The notes under the pieces were generated by a model that ran no database searches, was not told the DNA's origin, and worked only from the letters and a program-made list of their open reading frames with translations. From Negaprion brevirostris (lineage: Eukaryota), in assembly GCA_030324005.1 (NCBI GenBank), contig JARDVH010000132.1, positions 67,323,479 through 67,386,199 on the forward strand: a stretch of DNA of 62,721 bases, written 5' to 3'. Below are positions 33,750-48,446 of this stretch, in pieces. The position numbers and the translations under genes are program-made. The stretch's first letter is position 1. Every line of letters starts with the position of its first letter.

Positions 33750-36700
33750 ATTATACCGAATACTCACGTCATTTTTTTCTGTTTTCTTTCTAAATGTTGG
33801 TTTATATTATTTTCTGGCATACTACATATTTCACGTTACATTAAATGTTACTTTTCTTTTCATTCAATCAAATGTATATATTTTACTAGCGTGATTCTGT
33901 AACTGTGATTCACATGACTGAAATTCCTATTCTGGCTGATGGAGTAGTGATTTCCTAGCCATTTGAGAGCACTTATCATTAATACTTGACATGATCATAT
34001 CATTGGAGTGAGCAGATCAGACTTTAACTAACAATGGGCTGCCTTTATGTTTAACAACTCATCAATACCTTAATGGTGTAGGACACCCACTGGGTTATCT
34101 TCATTCAATCCCCAAAAACTACATTTTAAAAATCCTTGCTTACACTTCTGTTATCTATCCATTAATTAAAGGCCAGTAGCATCTTAATCTTTTCTTCACT
34201 TCTGTGAACTGAATGACTTCAGTTTATGCTCATAAATTAATGTATTTTGTCCACTAACTTCTTTAAACTCTCCATCATACCCATGTATTTTTAAAAGGTC
34301 AGGAGGGGTAGTTATTTATATTTGGTGTACAATTCTTTGGCAGTTATGTAGCAGCAAACAGCTGGATATGCTGCCCAATCAGAACATCTATATTCCAGCA
34401 TTGATAAATTGTAACTAATGAGGTGCTGTAAGGGACTTCAAATATTTGGATCGGATCGTTGGCAGCTCGGTAATTCCAGCAATGGGGCGACGGGGACAGG
34501 GGTTGACAGTGTATAAGGGCATGATCAAGTCAAGCCTGCCACTGTCAAGCCTGTTCACAGGCAACCACTCAGGTGGGTGAGTGCCGAGATTGGCTGGTTT
34601 GAAGGCCTGCCTTTGTTTGCTGAGCCTTTAGCCCAATTTTATAAAAGGCTGTTAGACCCTCTAGCCTTCAGCCTGTCCACCCCCCCACCCAACCCCCATA
34701 CCCATTTCTGTGCCACCTTATATGTCCATGCCAGCTCCATAATCACCAACCCAGTATCCACAATGGGCAAACCTCAGGAATCATGGGGAGATGAAAAACA
34801 ATTCTTACAATCAAGGAACAAAGGACTCCAGAGCAGGAATAGGCCACACAGCCCCTTGATTCTGATCTGCTATTCAGTAAGATCATAGGTGATCTGGTTG
34901 TAGTCATAACTCAACTTTGCCATCTGCCCACATAACCCTTGGATAATTATAAAATCAATAATAACAAACTGAGAGAGATCCAACTCACATTCGCTTGATA
35001 CAGGAAAAAAAACTCAGTTCATGAAATCCATTCAAAGATTTTAAATCCCTTCAATTAGTCAACCTGTTATAAAAGCAAATAAACTTCTATTCAGTAATGC
35101 ACATATTTTATCAACATCCTATAATGTCAATAAAGTTGTGAATGCACACACACTTCTGAAATAAGTGGTTCTAGAGCTTTTAAAACTGAGCCAAGCAACT
35201 GCCCCTAGGAAACCTCAAAAATGAAAACCATTAAAACTGCATAAATAGACAGTATTTTTTTCCCTAAGCTATACCAGATGGACTGTCAATCAATGCACTA
35301 CTCCAGCAGCAGGTGCTTCATTTAGCTGATTTTCTTTCAGTTTTTAAAAAGCTGCTGATTTAAGTAACTGCAGAAGGATGTTTAAACAGACTTTATTCAT
35401 CCTTAAGGAGTATTTACACATTCTTCATAAATTTGTGACTTCCAGGTCATTGGTTAAGATCCTTGGAGCAGTGAAAATGGGATCTGTTTAAACTCAGCAC
35501 TAATGTCAATTGCCCTTGCTGAGTTTGAGTTTGTTGCCTGTATNNNNNNNNNNNNNNNNNNNNNNNNNNNNNNNNNNNNNNNNNNNNNNNNNNNNNNNNN
35601 NNNNNNNNNNNNNNNNNNNNNNNNNNNNNNNNNNNNNNNNNNNCCTGTATGATTCATGCCATGACCTTTTCTCCCCTCCAGAAACAATGGGATCTGTCAG
35701 AAACGGAAGCGGACTTCCACATCTGGGTCTCACCTGCAATTTTTAGAGGCCTTCAGAGTCAGCCCAACTCTGTAAAAATCTAACCAAAAATCTCAAGATA
35801 TGGTTAACCTTAGGAATGAGATGAGAAGGAAATTCTTCGCTCAATGGGTTGTGAATCTTTGGAATCTTCTAGCTCAGAGGTCTGTGAAAGTCCTCATTGT
35901 TGTAATTCAAGGTTGAGATAGACAGAGTTTTGGACTCTACGAGAACTTGAGGATACGTGGGTCAGGCAGGAAAATTGAATTGAGATCAAGGATCAGCCAT
36001 GATGTTGTCGAATGTCGGACATAGTAGGGTTGAGGCAGGTATGGCTAATCCTTGATCCTATTTTTCATGTTCATACGTTTAATTAAATGGACTAAACTGC
36101 ATTACCTTATGATTAAAAGTTTATGTGAGTTACAACTCCCAAATGACTCCTTGAGAAAAAAATGTTCTTCATAGTGTGGCATCCAAATTTAAATGATTCT
36201 GTATTTCGTTGAAATTGCATAGCTAATCTTAATGCTTCCTTTGCACTTTCATTTGCTGGATTTTCCAATCTGTCTGCAGGGGGCAGCAAATCTCTATCAA
36301 ATGCTTGATTCACACTTCAATTTGAACATATTTAAATTGTGGTACTCAGATGCTTATGAGAAAGTTCGGAAAATATATTGATGAATTGGAATAAAGATAT
36401 ATTTACCAGATACCATAAAAATCATTGCAATGACTCATACATTTAAATGAGGCAGAATTATGTCAATAACTTGACTGATGTGTCAATAGAAAAGATGTCT
36501 GATTTGTTTATGGTTGGAAACTGGGACTTTATTCCTTCTCACACGAGGGTTCAGTCTGTCTGCATTACACTTTCCTTAAAACTATTCATGCTTTTTGCAT
36601 ATTATAGCTAAGCCAATGTAACATATCTAAATGATTCTACTTTTCTCAAGATCACGATAACCACATTACAGAACTAAGTCAAGCAATTCTGATCTAATCT

Positions 36701-36764
36701 GCCTCACCAGTTAGATTCTAATAGTGGGATGACAAGAATGTTACTTTGCTTTACAAAATTTGAT

Positions 36765-37072
36765 GTGAAGTTGCTGGCATTGGACTGGGGTAGGCACAGT
36801 AAGTACTCTCACAATACCAGGTTAAAGTCCAACAGGTTTATTTGATAGCAAGAGCTTTTGGACCGCTGCTTCTTCATCAGGTGAGTGCAGGAATTGTTTC
36901 ACAAACAGGGCATATATGGACAAAATCAATTACAAGGTAATGGTTGGAATGTGAGTCTTAACAGGTAATCAAGTTTTAAAGGTACAGACAATGTAAGTGG
37001 AGAGAGGGTTAAGCACAGGTTAATGAGATGTGTATTATCTCCAGCCAGGACAGTTAGTGAGATTTTGCAAGC
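36765..37072 (-). mobile_element. Penelope-like pLTR/3' end copy, truncated by gap
   Basis: Near-identical to 38255-38570. Confidence 0.8.
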
Positions 37073-38252
37073 NNNNNNNNNNNNNNNNNNNNNNNNNNNN
37101 NNNNNNNNNNNNNNNNNNNNNNNNNNNNNNNNNNNNNNNNNNNNNNNNNNNNNNNNNNNNNNNNNNNNNNNNCAGAGGCAAAGAATCCAACAGGATTCCC
37201 CATGCAGCTTTTACGCTGTTGGGATTTCCTGTTCTGTCTCCCCGCTCCCTGCCACGCACCTTACCTCCCCCCGCCATGAAAGGTTGGGAACATCATTACT
37301 GCACAATCATTAGTGAACTTCCCCACTCTATTATCCTCACACATTAGGATTTCCCCCCTCAGGAGGAGGTGTGCCTTCCAATGGGGAACAGGGTAAATAT
37401 GTGTTCCAGGAATAGAGCCTGAGTGGGATTGTGTTCGTTGAGTCGAAAGGTCTCCTTCTGCATAGCACGGATTTTATGATTCTATTCTATGATTTTATAT
37501 TGTTATAGATTTATTTATCACAGTCGGTGGGGGAGGGGGGATTCCCCATGTTTATAAGGGAAAGCCTTTACTTTTATTTTTTAGATCGGGGCCCTATTTA
37601 AATAGCACCTCTGTCTCTTCAAGGCTGACATCACTGGCAGAGCATCATGGGAGCAGCTTTCTGAACTTCTTTACGTCAAGTATCAAAAAGTATGGTGGGA
37701 AAAGCCCAAAGTGGAGCCGATGGGCTACACACCACTTTTTCTGCTAAGTTGACGCTTGGTCAACAAAAAACAGAAAATGCCACCCAATAACTCTTATTTT
37801 CTTTTCCCAGACCTGCTGTCAGAACAGCTGAGTTCTTCCCACATTTTCTATTTCTCTTTCTAATTCCAACATCCGCAGTATTTTGCTATTAGTTTACAGT
37901 TTATTTACGTGTGTCGCAAGTAGGCTTAACACTGGAATGAAGTTACTATGAAAATTCCCCAGTCGCCACACTCCAGTGCCTGTTCTGGTGGAGAATTTAG
38001 CACGGCCAATGCACTTAATTCACTGCTATTTCTATTCCAGCAGTGTTTCCCTTGAAGAAATATTGCTCTCCTCTCTGATGGGATTTCCAGTCTTTCTCTG
38101 ATACCAGAGACAGAAAGTTGTTCTGTAAACTCTCCTACGGAGAAACAAAAGGAGAGAGAGAGCAGAACTCTGGCCGGAGAACTCCTCTTCTTTAGGGCAA
38201 CTGCTGTTCTTTCCGTCCTCCTACCTGTGGCGTTGACATGCTGAGTCACCAG

Positions 38253-39265
38253 AGGTGGAGATGCCAGTGTTGGACTAGGGCAAGCACAGTAAGAAGTCAC
38301 ACAACACCAGGATAAAGTCCAACAGGATTATTTGATAGCACAAGCTTTCGGAGTGTCTCTCCTTCTTCAGATGAGTGAAGATTTGTGTTCACAAACAGGG
38401 CATGTATAAACAAAAACTCAATTTACAAGATGATGGTTGGAATGTGAGTCTTTACAGGTGATCAAGTCTTTACAGGTACAGACAATGTGAGTGGAGAGAG
38501 GGTTAAGCACAGGTTAAAGAGGTGTGAATTGTCTCCAGCCAGGACAATTAGTGAGATTTTGCAAGCCCAGGCAAGTCATGGGGGTTACAGATAGTGTGAC
38601 ATGAATCCAAGATCCTGGTTGAGGCCTTCCTCATGTGTGCAAAATTTGGCTATCAGTTTCTGCTCAGCGATTCCATGTTGTCGTGTGTCGTGAAGGCTGC
38701 CTTGGAGGATACTTACCTGAAGATCAGAGGCTGAATGCCCATGACTGCTGAAGTGTTCCCCGACAGGAAGGGAAAACTCCTGCCTGGTGATTGTCAAGCA
38801 GTGTTGTAGCGTCTGCGTGGTCTTGCCAATGTACCATGCCCAAGGACATCCTTTCTTGCAGAGTATCAGGTAGACAATGTTGGCCGAGTCCCAAGAGTAT
38901 GTACTGTGTACCTGGTGGATGGCGTTCTCACGCGAGATGATGGCATCTGTGTCAATGATCTGGCACGTCTTGCAGAGGTTGCTGTGCCAGGGTTGTGTGG
39001 TGTGATGATCACAGTTCTCTTGAAGGCTAAGTAGTTTGCTGCATATAATGGTCTGTTTGAGTTTGTGCAGTTGTTTGAAGGGAAGTAGTGGGGCTGTGGG
39101 GATGGTCTTGGCAAGATGTTTGGCTTCATTGATGACATGTTGAAGGCTCCAGAGTAAGTGTCGTAGCTTCTCCGCTCTGGGGAAGTAGTGGACAACTAAT
39201 GGTACTCTGTCCACCATGTCCTGTGTTTGTCTTCTGAGGCGGTCGGTGCGGTTTTTCACTGTGGT
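38253..39265 (-). mobile_element. Penelope-like element 3' part: GIY-YIG endonuclease remnant plus pLTR with hammerhead motif
   Basis: The ORF at 38585-39331 encodes RVPLVVHY...CKTCQ...NIVYLILC..GC..AWYIGKT...VGEHF..HGH...EQKLIAKF..HEEGLN, a typical PLE GIY-YIG domain; the pLTR is shared with other copies in the window. Confidence 0.88.
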
Positions 39266-40212
39266 GAATTTGTGATAATTTGATGAAGGAAACTTAACAT
39301 ATATGCAATAAGACCAATGATATTTGCACACATTTCTTTATCACAGAAAAATATCTAATACAATTGCATTAATGTTGGATTCCAACCATGGCATTTAATA
39401 TAGATGACATGTTTTACCTAATAGCTAGGGCTTAATGCCAGCAAAATTACATTTGTACATGGTACAGGATTCTGGACTAAAGTCTGTTGAGTGAGAAAGT
39501 AACCAACCAGTAGGTGTTATGTTACAAATCTCCAAATGTTCATGAGCACTGCCAAAAACTATAGCAAGGAAAGTCAAAATTAAAAGGAACTGTATCCTCA
39601 TTAGGCCTCATCTAAAATTATGAGTCTTGTTTTGAATCCNNNNNNNNNNGATGGATGATGTATGGGGCCTTGAAAATATTCAGAAGAGGGATATTGCATT
39701 GAAGCCAAGTTGAAAATCCCTTTTCAACAATAGATTTGTCGCTTTATTAGTCAAAGAACAGATTTTGGGGAAATTTATGTATATAAAATGATGAAGAGAC
39801 CAGATCATGTTCATATGTTTAGAATCAATGAACTGGATAAGTTAGAAATAATCAAGAGACATACTTACAAGTTAGAAGAAGATCTAGGTTAAATGAGTGA
39901 GCTATTGATATTTGGAAAACTTTGCCACCCCACAGAGGTCATCAAAAGGGTTCAGAAGAAATTGGAAGAATTCCTGGCTGCGGCTGAAATTATGGTGTAC
40001 AAATGTAGATATTTGTTGATGTCTCTCTACTCCCCAAAGCTCTGCAATCTAGGCCCAAACACCCAGATGCACCCTATTTCTGTTTGGTGTCAGGGAGGTA
40101 TACTTAGTGAAATTAAATCACGGCCAACACAACACAAGGTCCCATCTGAGGGTGAAATGTGGGAACCTCTGACAGTGAATCCTTTCCATCATCTTTCCAT
40201 CAACTCTTAGAT

Positions 40213-40505
40213 TAGGGTTGCCAAATGTGATTAATTGTATTACTGGAGGTTTCATCACATGCCTTTTCCCCCATACTCCATCTAACACATCCATCTACCG
40301 TCTTCCATGCCAATTAAAAAGCAAAAAGATTCATGACCTAATTAGATGGTGCTTTACTGTCCACCAACAGGCCTTCTTCAATCAGATAGAAAAGTATTGA
40401 AAATGGGAAAGAGGGAACGTTCCATGATTTTTCTCCAGGGCTCCACACAGATTGATCTTCAATTCCTGTTGACTCTAGACAGGTCCTGGAGAGTTAGCAA
40501 CCCTA
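40213..40505. mobile_element. hAT-like MITE
   Basis: TIRs TAGGGTTGCCAA / TTAGCAACCCTA (11/12); no clear 8-bp TSD left. Confidence 0.55.
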
Positions 40506-41129
40506 ACACACATTGATGTGTTTATAGCCATTGGCAGAGGCTTTGTCTCTACAAAGCCTGAATAGAAATCCCCAACATGAGGTGACATTAGGTATCCAAA
40601 TTCTGGTTGTGTTTGTGGCTATTACCTGCCAATGTTATGGTAGTATTCTGCTGGAGTGGCCTGGATCATTGAGCAAACTGTAACTAAACAAATGTTGTGA
40701 AAATTATTTCAAGCATCAGCTTCAGATATGCTGCCCAGGTAAATCTTCCTTGGTTAGACCAAGAAATTGTTGTTATGCAGATAGTTGAAATACCATTACA
40801 ATTTCCAAATAGTTTCCTCTCACTTATCATAAATGAGCTTCTGCAAAGTCTTCCTCAGAAGTCAGAGCCTCAAGACATATGCAGTTTGAAGCTATCAGCT
40901 GTTGGATTTTAAAATAATGTGCCCTCTTTTTGCTTTAAGAAGCAAGAAGACATTTAGTATTTAACTCTTCTTTGTGCATATTTCCTCCTCATTGCAGTCT
41001 CACTGCACTTAATTCAAAAAACATCCTCAAAATCCAAGATGTCAAAACTATGGAATCCTTTATTCAGTGCTTTATACTGTTTAAATTTCAAGCTTTTCTT
41101 GTGGCTAAACTCTTCAGGGAGGGCGTTCC

Positions 41130-41132
<3 letters not shown>

Positions 41133-41164
<32 letters not shown>
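41133..41164. repeat. (CA)16 microsatellite
   Basis: Perfect CA run. Confidence 0.95.
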
Positions 41165-41165
<1 letters not shown>

Positions 41166-41734
41166 TATGCCAGTTTTTTTTATGCACCTCTGGCTGGGTC
41201 TGAAAATTGGGTGGGGACCTATCCTGTTTTGGGCATCTGCGGGATGCCAGAAGCATTGGTCCAAAATGCAGCCAGTCTGTCCAGATAAAGCAGGATTGAC
41301 AGAATGATGCCCCATGCCATGATTGCCAAGCAATAGATAAAAGGATTATCTGTATGCAGCAGACATTGCTTGGGCTGATGAAGGCCTTTTGAAAATTAAA
41401 ATGGTCACTTCATGAACATTGGAATTCTCTCATACCAGTACTTCTTACAAAATCCAACAGAAATTAGACACTTTTAACTGGTATACAGGATGTTTTAATT
41501 TGCTTAAGTCTTTTAGCAGCAGGGATTTCCCACACTTTGGTATTCTAGATTAACAACAAGGATCTCTCTGAAAAAAAGTCAGCATTGTGCAGCTGAGTTT
41601 AATGTTTCTTGCTTTAGTACTTACCCTGGACTGTGAATTAATGAGACAGAACATGGCTGTGTTCAGTCCATACTTTGTTTAGTAGCCAACCTTCAACAAT
41701 TTATTGCCTGCCCAAGGCAAAGTTCAAATCAGCT

Positions 41735-44700
41735 GTATGAACATAAGAAATAGGATCTGGAGTTTTGTCCTTTGAGCCTACTCTACCATTCAACCAAATT
41801 ATGGCTGATCTACCAGCACATATTCTATCTTCTACTACTATCTCCATATCCCTTAAATCATTTTGTGCCTTCATCTTGAAGTTATGCAACAGTTGAGCAT
41901 TCACAGTTCTCTGGTAATCCAAGAATTCACATCACTTTGAGCGATGAAATTACACTTCATTCCAGGCTTAATAAGGACAACCCTTATTCTGAGACAGTGG
42001 TCCCGTGTTCATGATTTTTGATCAGGGAAACATTTTCTCAGCATCTACCCTATCAAGTGCCTTAAGAATTTTATAGATCTGTTCAACAAAAGAAGGCACA
42101 GGTTTACGGTGAGAAAAGGTAAGTTTAAGGGAGATGTGCGAGGAAAGATTTTCACATAGAGAGTTCCTTGAACGTACTGCCAATGGAGACGATGGAAGCA
42201 GGCATGTTAATCTTAATAGATACATAAACAGAAGGTGAACAAAGGGATAGAAACCATGCATTGGTGCAAGTTTGGTGGGCCAAAGGGCCTGTTTCTGTGC
42301 TGTATTGGTCTTCGTTCTTAAATTAGATCACCAAATAAGGCTTCTAAAACTCCAGGGAATAAGGTCCTGGTCTACTCAATTTCTCTTCATGTGACAATCT
42401 CCTCACCTCAGGAACCAGTCTATTGAACCATCTTTGCACACCCCCTTGGGCATGCATAGCCTTCCTTATGTAAAGTGACCACACAGTATTTGCGGTATGG
42501 CCTTACCAATACCTTGTATAATTACAATAAGGCTTCTTTACTATAATATTCCAACGCCTTTGTAACAAAAGCAAGCATACTGTGCCTCCCCAGTTCTTTG
42601 CAGTACCTGCATGTTAACTTAGTGTGATTCATGTGCAAGGACACTCAGGATTTTCTGTGTGAAACATTGCACAGTTTCTTGCTAATTAAGAAGAATATTT
42701 TTCTTCCCACCAAAGTGGATAACTTCATAACATTATACTCAATTTATCATGTTCTTGCCCATTCACCTAGCCTGTCTATATTTTTCAGTAGATTCTTTGC
42801 TTTCATTTCATCACTTACTTTCTAACTGAACTTCAAATTGCTAGCAAACTTGGATATGTTACAGTTTCCTCATGTAAGTCATTAATACAGGTTGTAAATA
42901 GCTGAAGCCCAAGTACTGATCCTTACTGCACCCACTGGTTACTGCCCGCTAACCTAAAATTTCCCATTTATTCCTATTATTCATTCCTATTATCATTAAA
43001 CAATGCTAAATCCATGCTAATGCATTACCCCCAATCCCATGAGTCCTAATTATGCAATATAATCTAATGTGGCACTTTTCTGATTGTTTTTTGAAAATTT
43101 AAATATTCTACATCTATTGGTTCACTCTTATCCATTTTGCTAGTTATGTTTTCAGAAAACTAATAGATTTGCCAAACATGATATTTCTTTCGTCAATCCA
43201 TTTTGACTACTTCAATGCTATGCTAGCTAATAAAAGATCCTAGCATTTTTCCTATGAAAAAATTAAGCTAACTGTCCACAGCTTCCTGTTTTCTATCTTC
43301 CTCCTGCCTTAAATGCATTATGTCTGCTACCTTCTAATCCTTGGGAATTGCTCAACAGTCTAAGGAATCCCGGGAGTTCTGATGATATAAATTTATGTGG
43401 GAATGCAAGCTGAGGAGGATACAGAGAGGCTGCAAAGATTTATAAAGTGATTATGTGAGTAGACAACAAATGTGAGGGTATTCACTTTGTTAACAAGAGT
43501 ATTAAAACAGAATATTATTTACATGGAGAATGATTATGTAATGCTGCAGTACAAAGGGAACTTCAAGGCCTTGTAAATGAGTCACAAAATGTTAACTTTC
43601 AGGTACAATAAGTAATTGTGAAGACAAATGGAATGATGGCCTTTATTGCAAGTGGGGTGGAATATAGAAGTAGAATATTTTTTAAAAGGCTTAAAACTTG
43701 TAAATGTTGATTTTCAGAAGGACTTGGGCCTACATGAAAAAGGAATACAGTTAGCACACAGAAATAGCAGGTAATTAGGGATGTTGCCCTTTATTGCTGG
43801 GGATTGGCGTTCAGGAATAAATAAATCTTGTTATTATTGGTGAGATGACACTTAGAGTAGTGTGTAGTTTTGGGTCTCCATACTTCAGTAAGAATATACT
43901 GGTGATGAAGGCAATACAGCAAAGGTTCACTCGATTGGTCCCTGGGATGAGAGGCTTGTCCTGTGAAAGGAAAAAAAATTGGGCCTATACCTTTGTTCTC
44001 ACTGGAACGATGGAGGTTGAGGGGTGACCAGATAAAAGTCTACAAGATTTTGAGGGATATGATCAGAGTGGATAGTCAAGAGCATTTTTCCAAGGTGGAA
44101 GAGGCAATTACTACAGGGCATATGTTTAAGGAGTGAGAGACAATGTTTAAAGGAGATGTACGAGGCAGACTTTTTACACAGAGGGTGGTGGGTGCCTGGA
44201 ACTAGCTGCCGGTGGAGGAAGTGGGAGTGGATATGGTAGTGGCTTTTAAGGAGCATCTTGACAAATACATGAATAGGATAGATCTATAGCGCTATGGTCC
44301 CTGAAAGGGTAGGGGATTTTAGTTAAATCAGGCAGCATGGTTGGTGCAGGCTTGGTGGAGGGGGGGTGCTGAAGGGCCTGCTCCTGTGCTGTAATGTTCT
44401 TTGTTTCTTGTTCCTACTGGAGTTTAGAAGAATGAGATCTTGAACTTGCAGAAACATTGTCAAGGTAAGGGCAATCATTAAGGATGGAGTTAACAGAAAT
44501 TTCTTCAGGAAGCTGGGGTGGTTCAAAGGGCAGTTTGTCTGTATCTAAACTAAAAGGGCCTGATTCAAGTCCCACTCTCGGGCCTTATGCCATGGAAGAA
44601 TCCAGCCATTGATGCAGGCAAGCCAATGAGTATCAGTGCTGGTTCCAAGTCCAGAAAAACAGGGAGGTTAGTGACAGGAAGGGCAGCCAATGTGATGGCT

Positions 44701-46900
44701 GATAGAAGAGTGATTAAGCAGCATTGTGATGGCAAAAGTTCATATAAATAGGAAGGATGAAGAGAAATATCTTCAGTCAAAGGGTGAGAGCCTTTAGGAT
44801 TCTCTACTCTGAACAGTGATGGATGGTTCATTGTTGAATATATTTAGGGCTCAAATAGAGTTTTTTGGTCTCTCAGGGAGTGGGTAAGGAAGTGGAGAAG
44901 GCTCGGCAGGCTATATGGTCTATTCCTGCACTATTTCTTCTGCTCAGTATCTCTGCAGCTCCCCTTTTATAACCTGAGGGTCTGGATCATCAGAACCGGG
45001 CTATTTGTCACCACTTAGTCTCAATAAATTCTTCAGTACTATTTATTTACTGACTCCAATTTTTTTAAGTTCCTCATTCTCACAAGATCCTTTCCCATTA
45101 TTTCTGGAATAGTTCCTGTGCCTTCATCCATTAAGACAGACACAATGGGTGGGATTTTCCATTTAAGCCTCCCCGAGACTGGAAATTCCTGTCCAAAGTC
45201 AACGGACCTTAAAACCCAGAAAGTTTATCCCAATGTATGTTTAACATCTTCAGCATTTCCTTATTCTCAATTATAATTTTACTTGTTTCTGCCTCCAAAG
45301 GATCCACATTCATCTGCACTCATCTCTTCCAGTTTACATACTGACAGAAATTTACAATCAGTTTTTATGTCTCTTTCTTGTCTATTCTCACATTCTCATC
45401 CATTCCCTTAAACAATTCTTTGACATTATGGGGGTGATTTTCCTATCCTGCACTGCCCAAGGAGCAAAATGCCCAGGCCCATGGGTCACCTTGGCACTGC
45501 CCATCAAGCACAGGCTGCGCCACTGTGCAGGCGCAGAGTTCCAGAGCTGTCAGACTTCGNNNNNNNNNNNNNNNNNNNNNNNNNNNNNCTAGTATTTAAT
45601 TATATTCATGCTTGTGACCTTTGCATTGCACAGAGTGTGGGAGATTTGGGTGTGAAGTTGCACTGAATAAACTGGAATGATTTGCCCCAGTTTTTTAGGA
45701 GAATTGCGCCCTATGTTGCTGAATTCTAAACACTTCCCAATCCTCAGACTTGCTAACCTTTTTAGTAATAGTATAAGCCCCTTCCTTTGATGTAATACTA
45801 TCTTTAACTCTCATTAACCATGGTTGGACTATGTTTTCTGTGGCATTTATGTGGCAGAGTCTAGGGGATGAACCATGGGGTAGGGGGTCCTACTGCCATT
45901 CTGCACGGGGATTGATCAGGGCTGGAGGGAGGCCAGTGATTGGGGTGAGCGTCACTGCTGGGCGGGGGGGGGGTTGAAATCTAGACATTGGGGCACTCGG
46001 GATGGGGGCATGGGGCAGTTGGGGCTGGCTCAGGAACAGTCGTAGGGGCCATGACCTGGGGGGAGGGGTGGAGGGGCAGCACTGTGAGGGTCCCGGGCTG
46101 GCGAGTAAATTGTAGGTTGATAGTTCGGGGGCCACTGTACAGGCATAGAGTTCCAAAGCTGTCAGAGTCTGGCGCAAATGGACACGCCCCAACCCCTGCC
46201 CCAGTATTTAATTATATTTATGTTTGTGACCGCTGCATTGCACAGAGTGTGGGAGATCTGAATGTGAAGTTGCACTGAATAAACCGGCATGATTTGCCCC
46301 AGTTTTTCCACAAATTCAACACTTGGAACTTTTTTTAGGAGAAAGTTGCTAAATTCTAAATTTTTCTCAATCCTCAAACTTGCTAATCTTTTTAGTAACA
46401 TTATAAGCCTTTTCCTTTGATCTAACACTATCTTTAATTCTCATTAGCCATGGTTGGACCATGTATTCTGTGGTGTTTATGTGGTTGAACTGAATTACAT
46501 TTATTGTAATTATATATTAATACTTTAAAAGCTAGTCATTGCTCACCTCCCACCATATCTTTTAATATAGATTGCCAATCTACGTTAGCCATTTCGCATC
46601 TCATACAGACATCATTTGTTTAGTTTTCATTTAAGACTCCAGTTTTGAGCTTAAATTAGGTTCAAATTAAATATAAAATTCAATTATGTTCTGTTCATTC
46701 TTCTTTTGGGACCCCTTCACCTCAAGGTTATTAACTAAGGCTTTCCCATTGCACAACAGGGATCCAAAATAGCCTATTTTTTAATTGGTTCTTCGACAAA
46801 CTGTTCAAGAAAACTATAATACTGTGTACATTCCATGAATTCATCCTCCACACTCTAACTGCAAATCTGTTTTTTTCTGGTCTATACGGTTATTATTATA
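41735..46900. mobile_element. Nested CR1 LINE fossil block in both orientations with MITE insertions
   Basis: Multiple CR1 3' ends (gaacataagaaatagg; tttttacacagagggtggtgggtgcctggaac) and RT remnants (QRFTRLVPGMRGLS). Confidence 0.75.
45430..45711. mobile_element. PIF/Harbinger-like MITE with TAT target duplication
   Basis: tat-GGGGGTGATTTTCC ... GGAGAATTGCGCCC-tat; inserted in a CR1 fossil. Confidence 0.65.
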
Positions 46901-48446
46901 GGCACCTATAATTACTGTTCCATTCTCCTTGGCACCAACACCAAACTGTCTTCATGCAGTTGCCTAACTATGTGGGAAAGGAGGCAGTCAGACACACACG
47001 TGAGTGCGGGGACCTTCAGATGTACCCTAGGGAAGAGTCTGATTCTCAGCAATTTTTTAAAAAACTAATAAAAATAAAATAACAATCTGGTGTGAGAATT
47101 ATTCTACTGACAAAAGAATGAAAGCAAAGGAGAATGATAGATTATGATTTTAAGACTCATTGCTTCCAGCCCATGACAGGACTGGATGTCAAGATTTTAA
47201 ACTGGGAGTTCAGCAGGCCCCCACACAAGTTTCTGTACATTAATTTTTGATGCGTTCCCCTCTAGGCCTGAATTTCGAAGTGCCAGGAATTATGATTCAT
47301 AAAATCTATGCCATGTACAGATGGCAAGAGGTTGGTTTAGAGAGGTGGGAGATGGTGTAATCCTCCGTGAGCAGAATTTATAAAAAGGACCAATGTGCCT
47401 TGGTGATTTTTCACCTTCTCTTGGAGCAAAGATGATAAATTAATCAGTAGCCCAACTTTCTTGTATTTGTAATTAGGTACTTGCATTATTCTGCAATTTG
47501 TTTTTCATGAAGGTAAAACTATTTTGATGCTTTTTGATATTAAAAGTCCTTTTTTCAAGAAATTACGCAGCAAAATATTGAAAAAATATCAAGCATCAAA
47601 GAAGTTGTAACGGAACATTTTGAATTAAAATGCTGCTTCTTGACAACAGGGTGGTTCATTTTATCTGCCAGGGTATATTCCATTAGTGGAGGGGAGCAGT
47701 GACATTCATCTAGGAAAGATAAAAACACTTTTATCAAGCTCTTCAGCTCAATTTACATTTTGTAGATAACAAGCTACTCTGTTAGGCTTCTTGCCAAGAA
47801 TCAATTCGAATAGCACGGAATCAGATGCTGGTAACCAGGAATATAAAAGCAGGTGCTGGAAAGGTCAGGGAAATTACAGCCACTACCAAAGGCAGTAGCA
47901 CTGATGTAAAAGCCCATTAGTAACAGCTCTGTTTTCCATTTCCTTTTCAAGCCTTTAACATGAATCCATTTTCTGTTCACATCTGTATCTCCTCACTATT
48001 AATTTTATGCACTTGTGGGCTAAAGTAAAGAGATGTAAGTTAGTTAGCACACTTTTGGTGAGAAATTTATAATCACAAATTGTAACTGACAAAACACAAT
48101 GGCTACACATTGTCTTAAAAAGTGTAGAACTTAATTTGAAAAAAATTGAAATGCTCTTNNNNNNNNNNAATTCTATATCAATTGCTGTCATTCTGAAATA
48201 AATTCAATTGTGTAATCAAATCATGGTGTAGGCGGGCATAGTATTTGTAATAAAAGAAATCCACACAGCTTAATTAGAGATCAATGGTTGCTGTTGGATT
48301 GTATGGCTCTTCTCTTCACAGTAACTTAAATCAATGTGAAATGTTAGCATTGCTAAACACAGAAATACTTGGAGATAGCTATCAGTAGTTTTCCAACCGA
48401 AAACGATAACTGTCATGTTGCAATAGGCTACAAAAGTTTAGATTCA

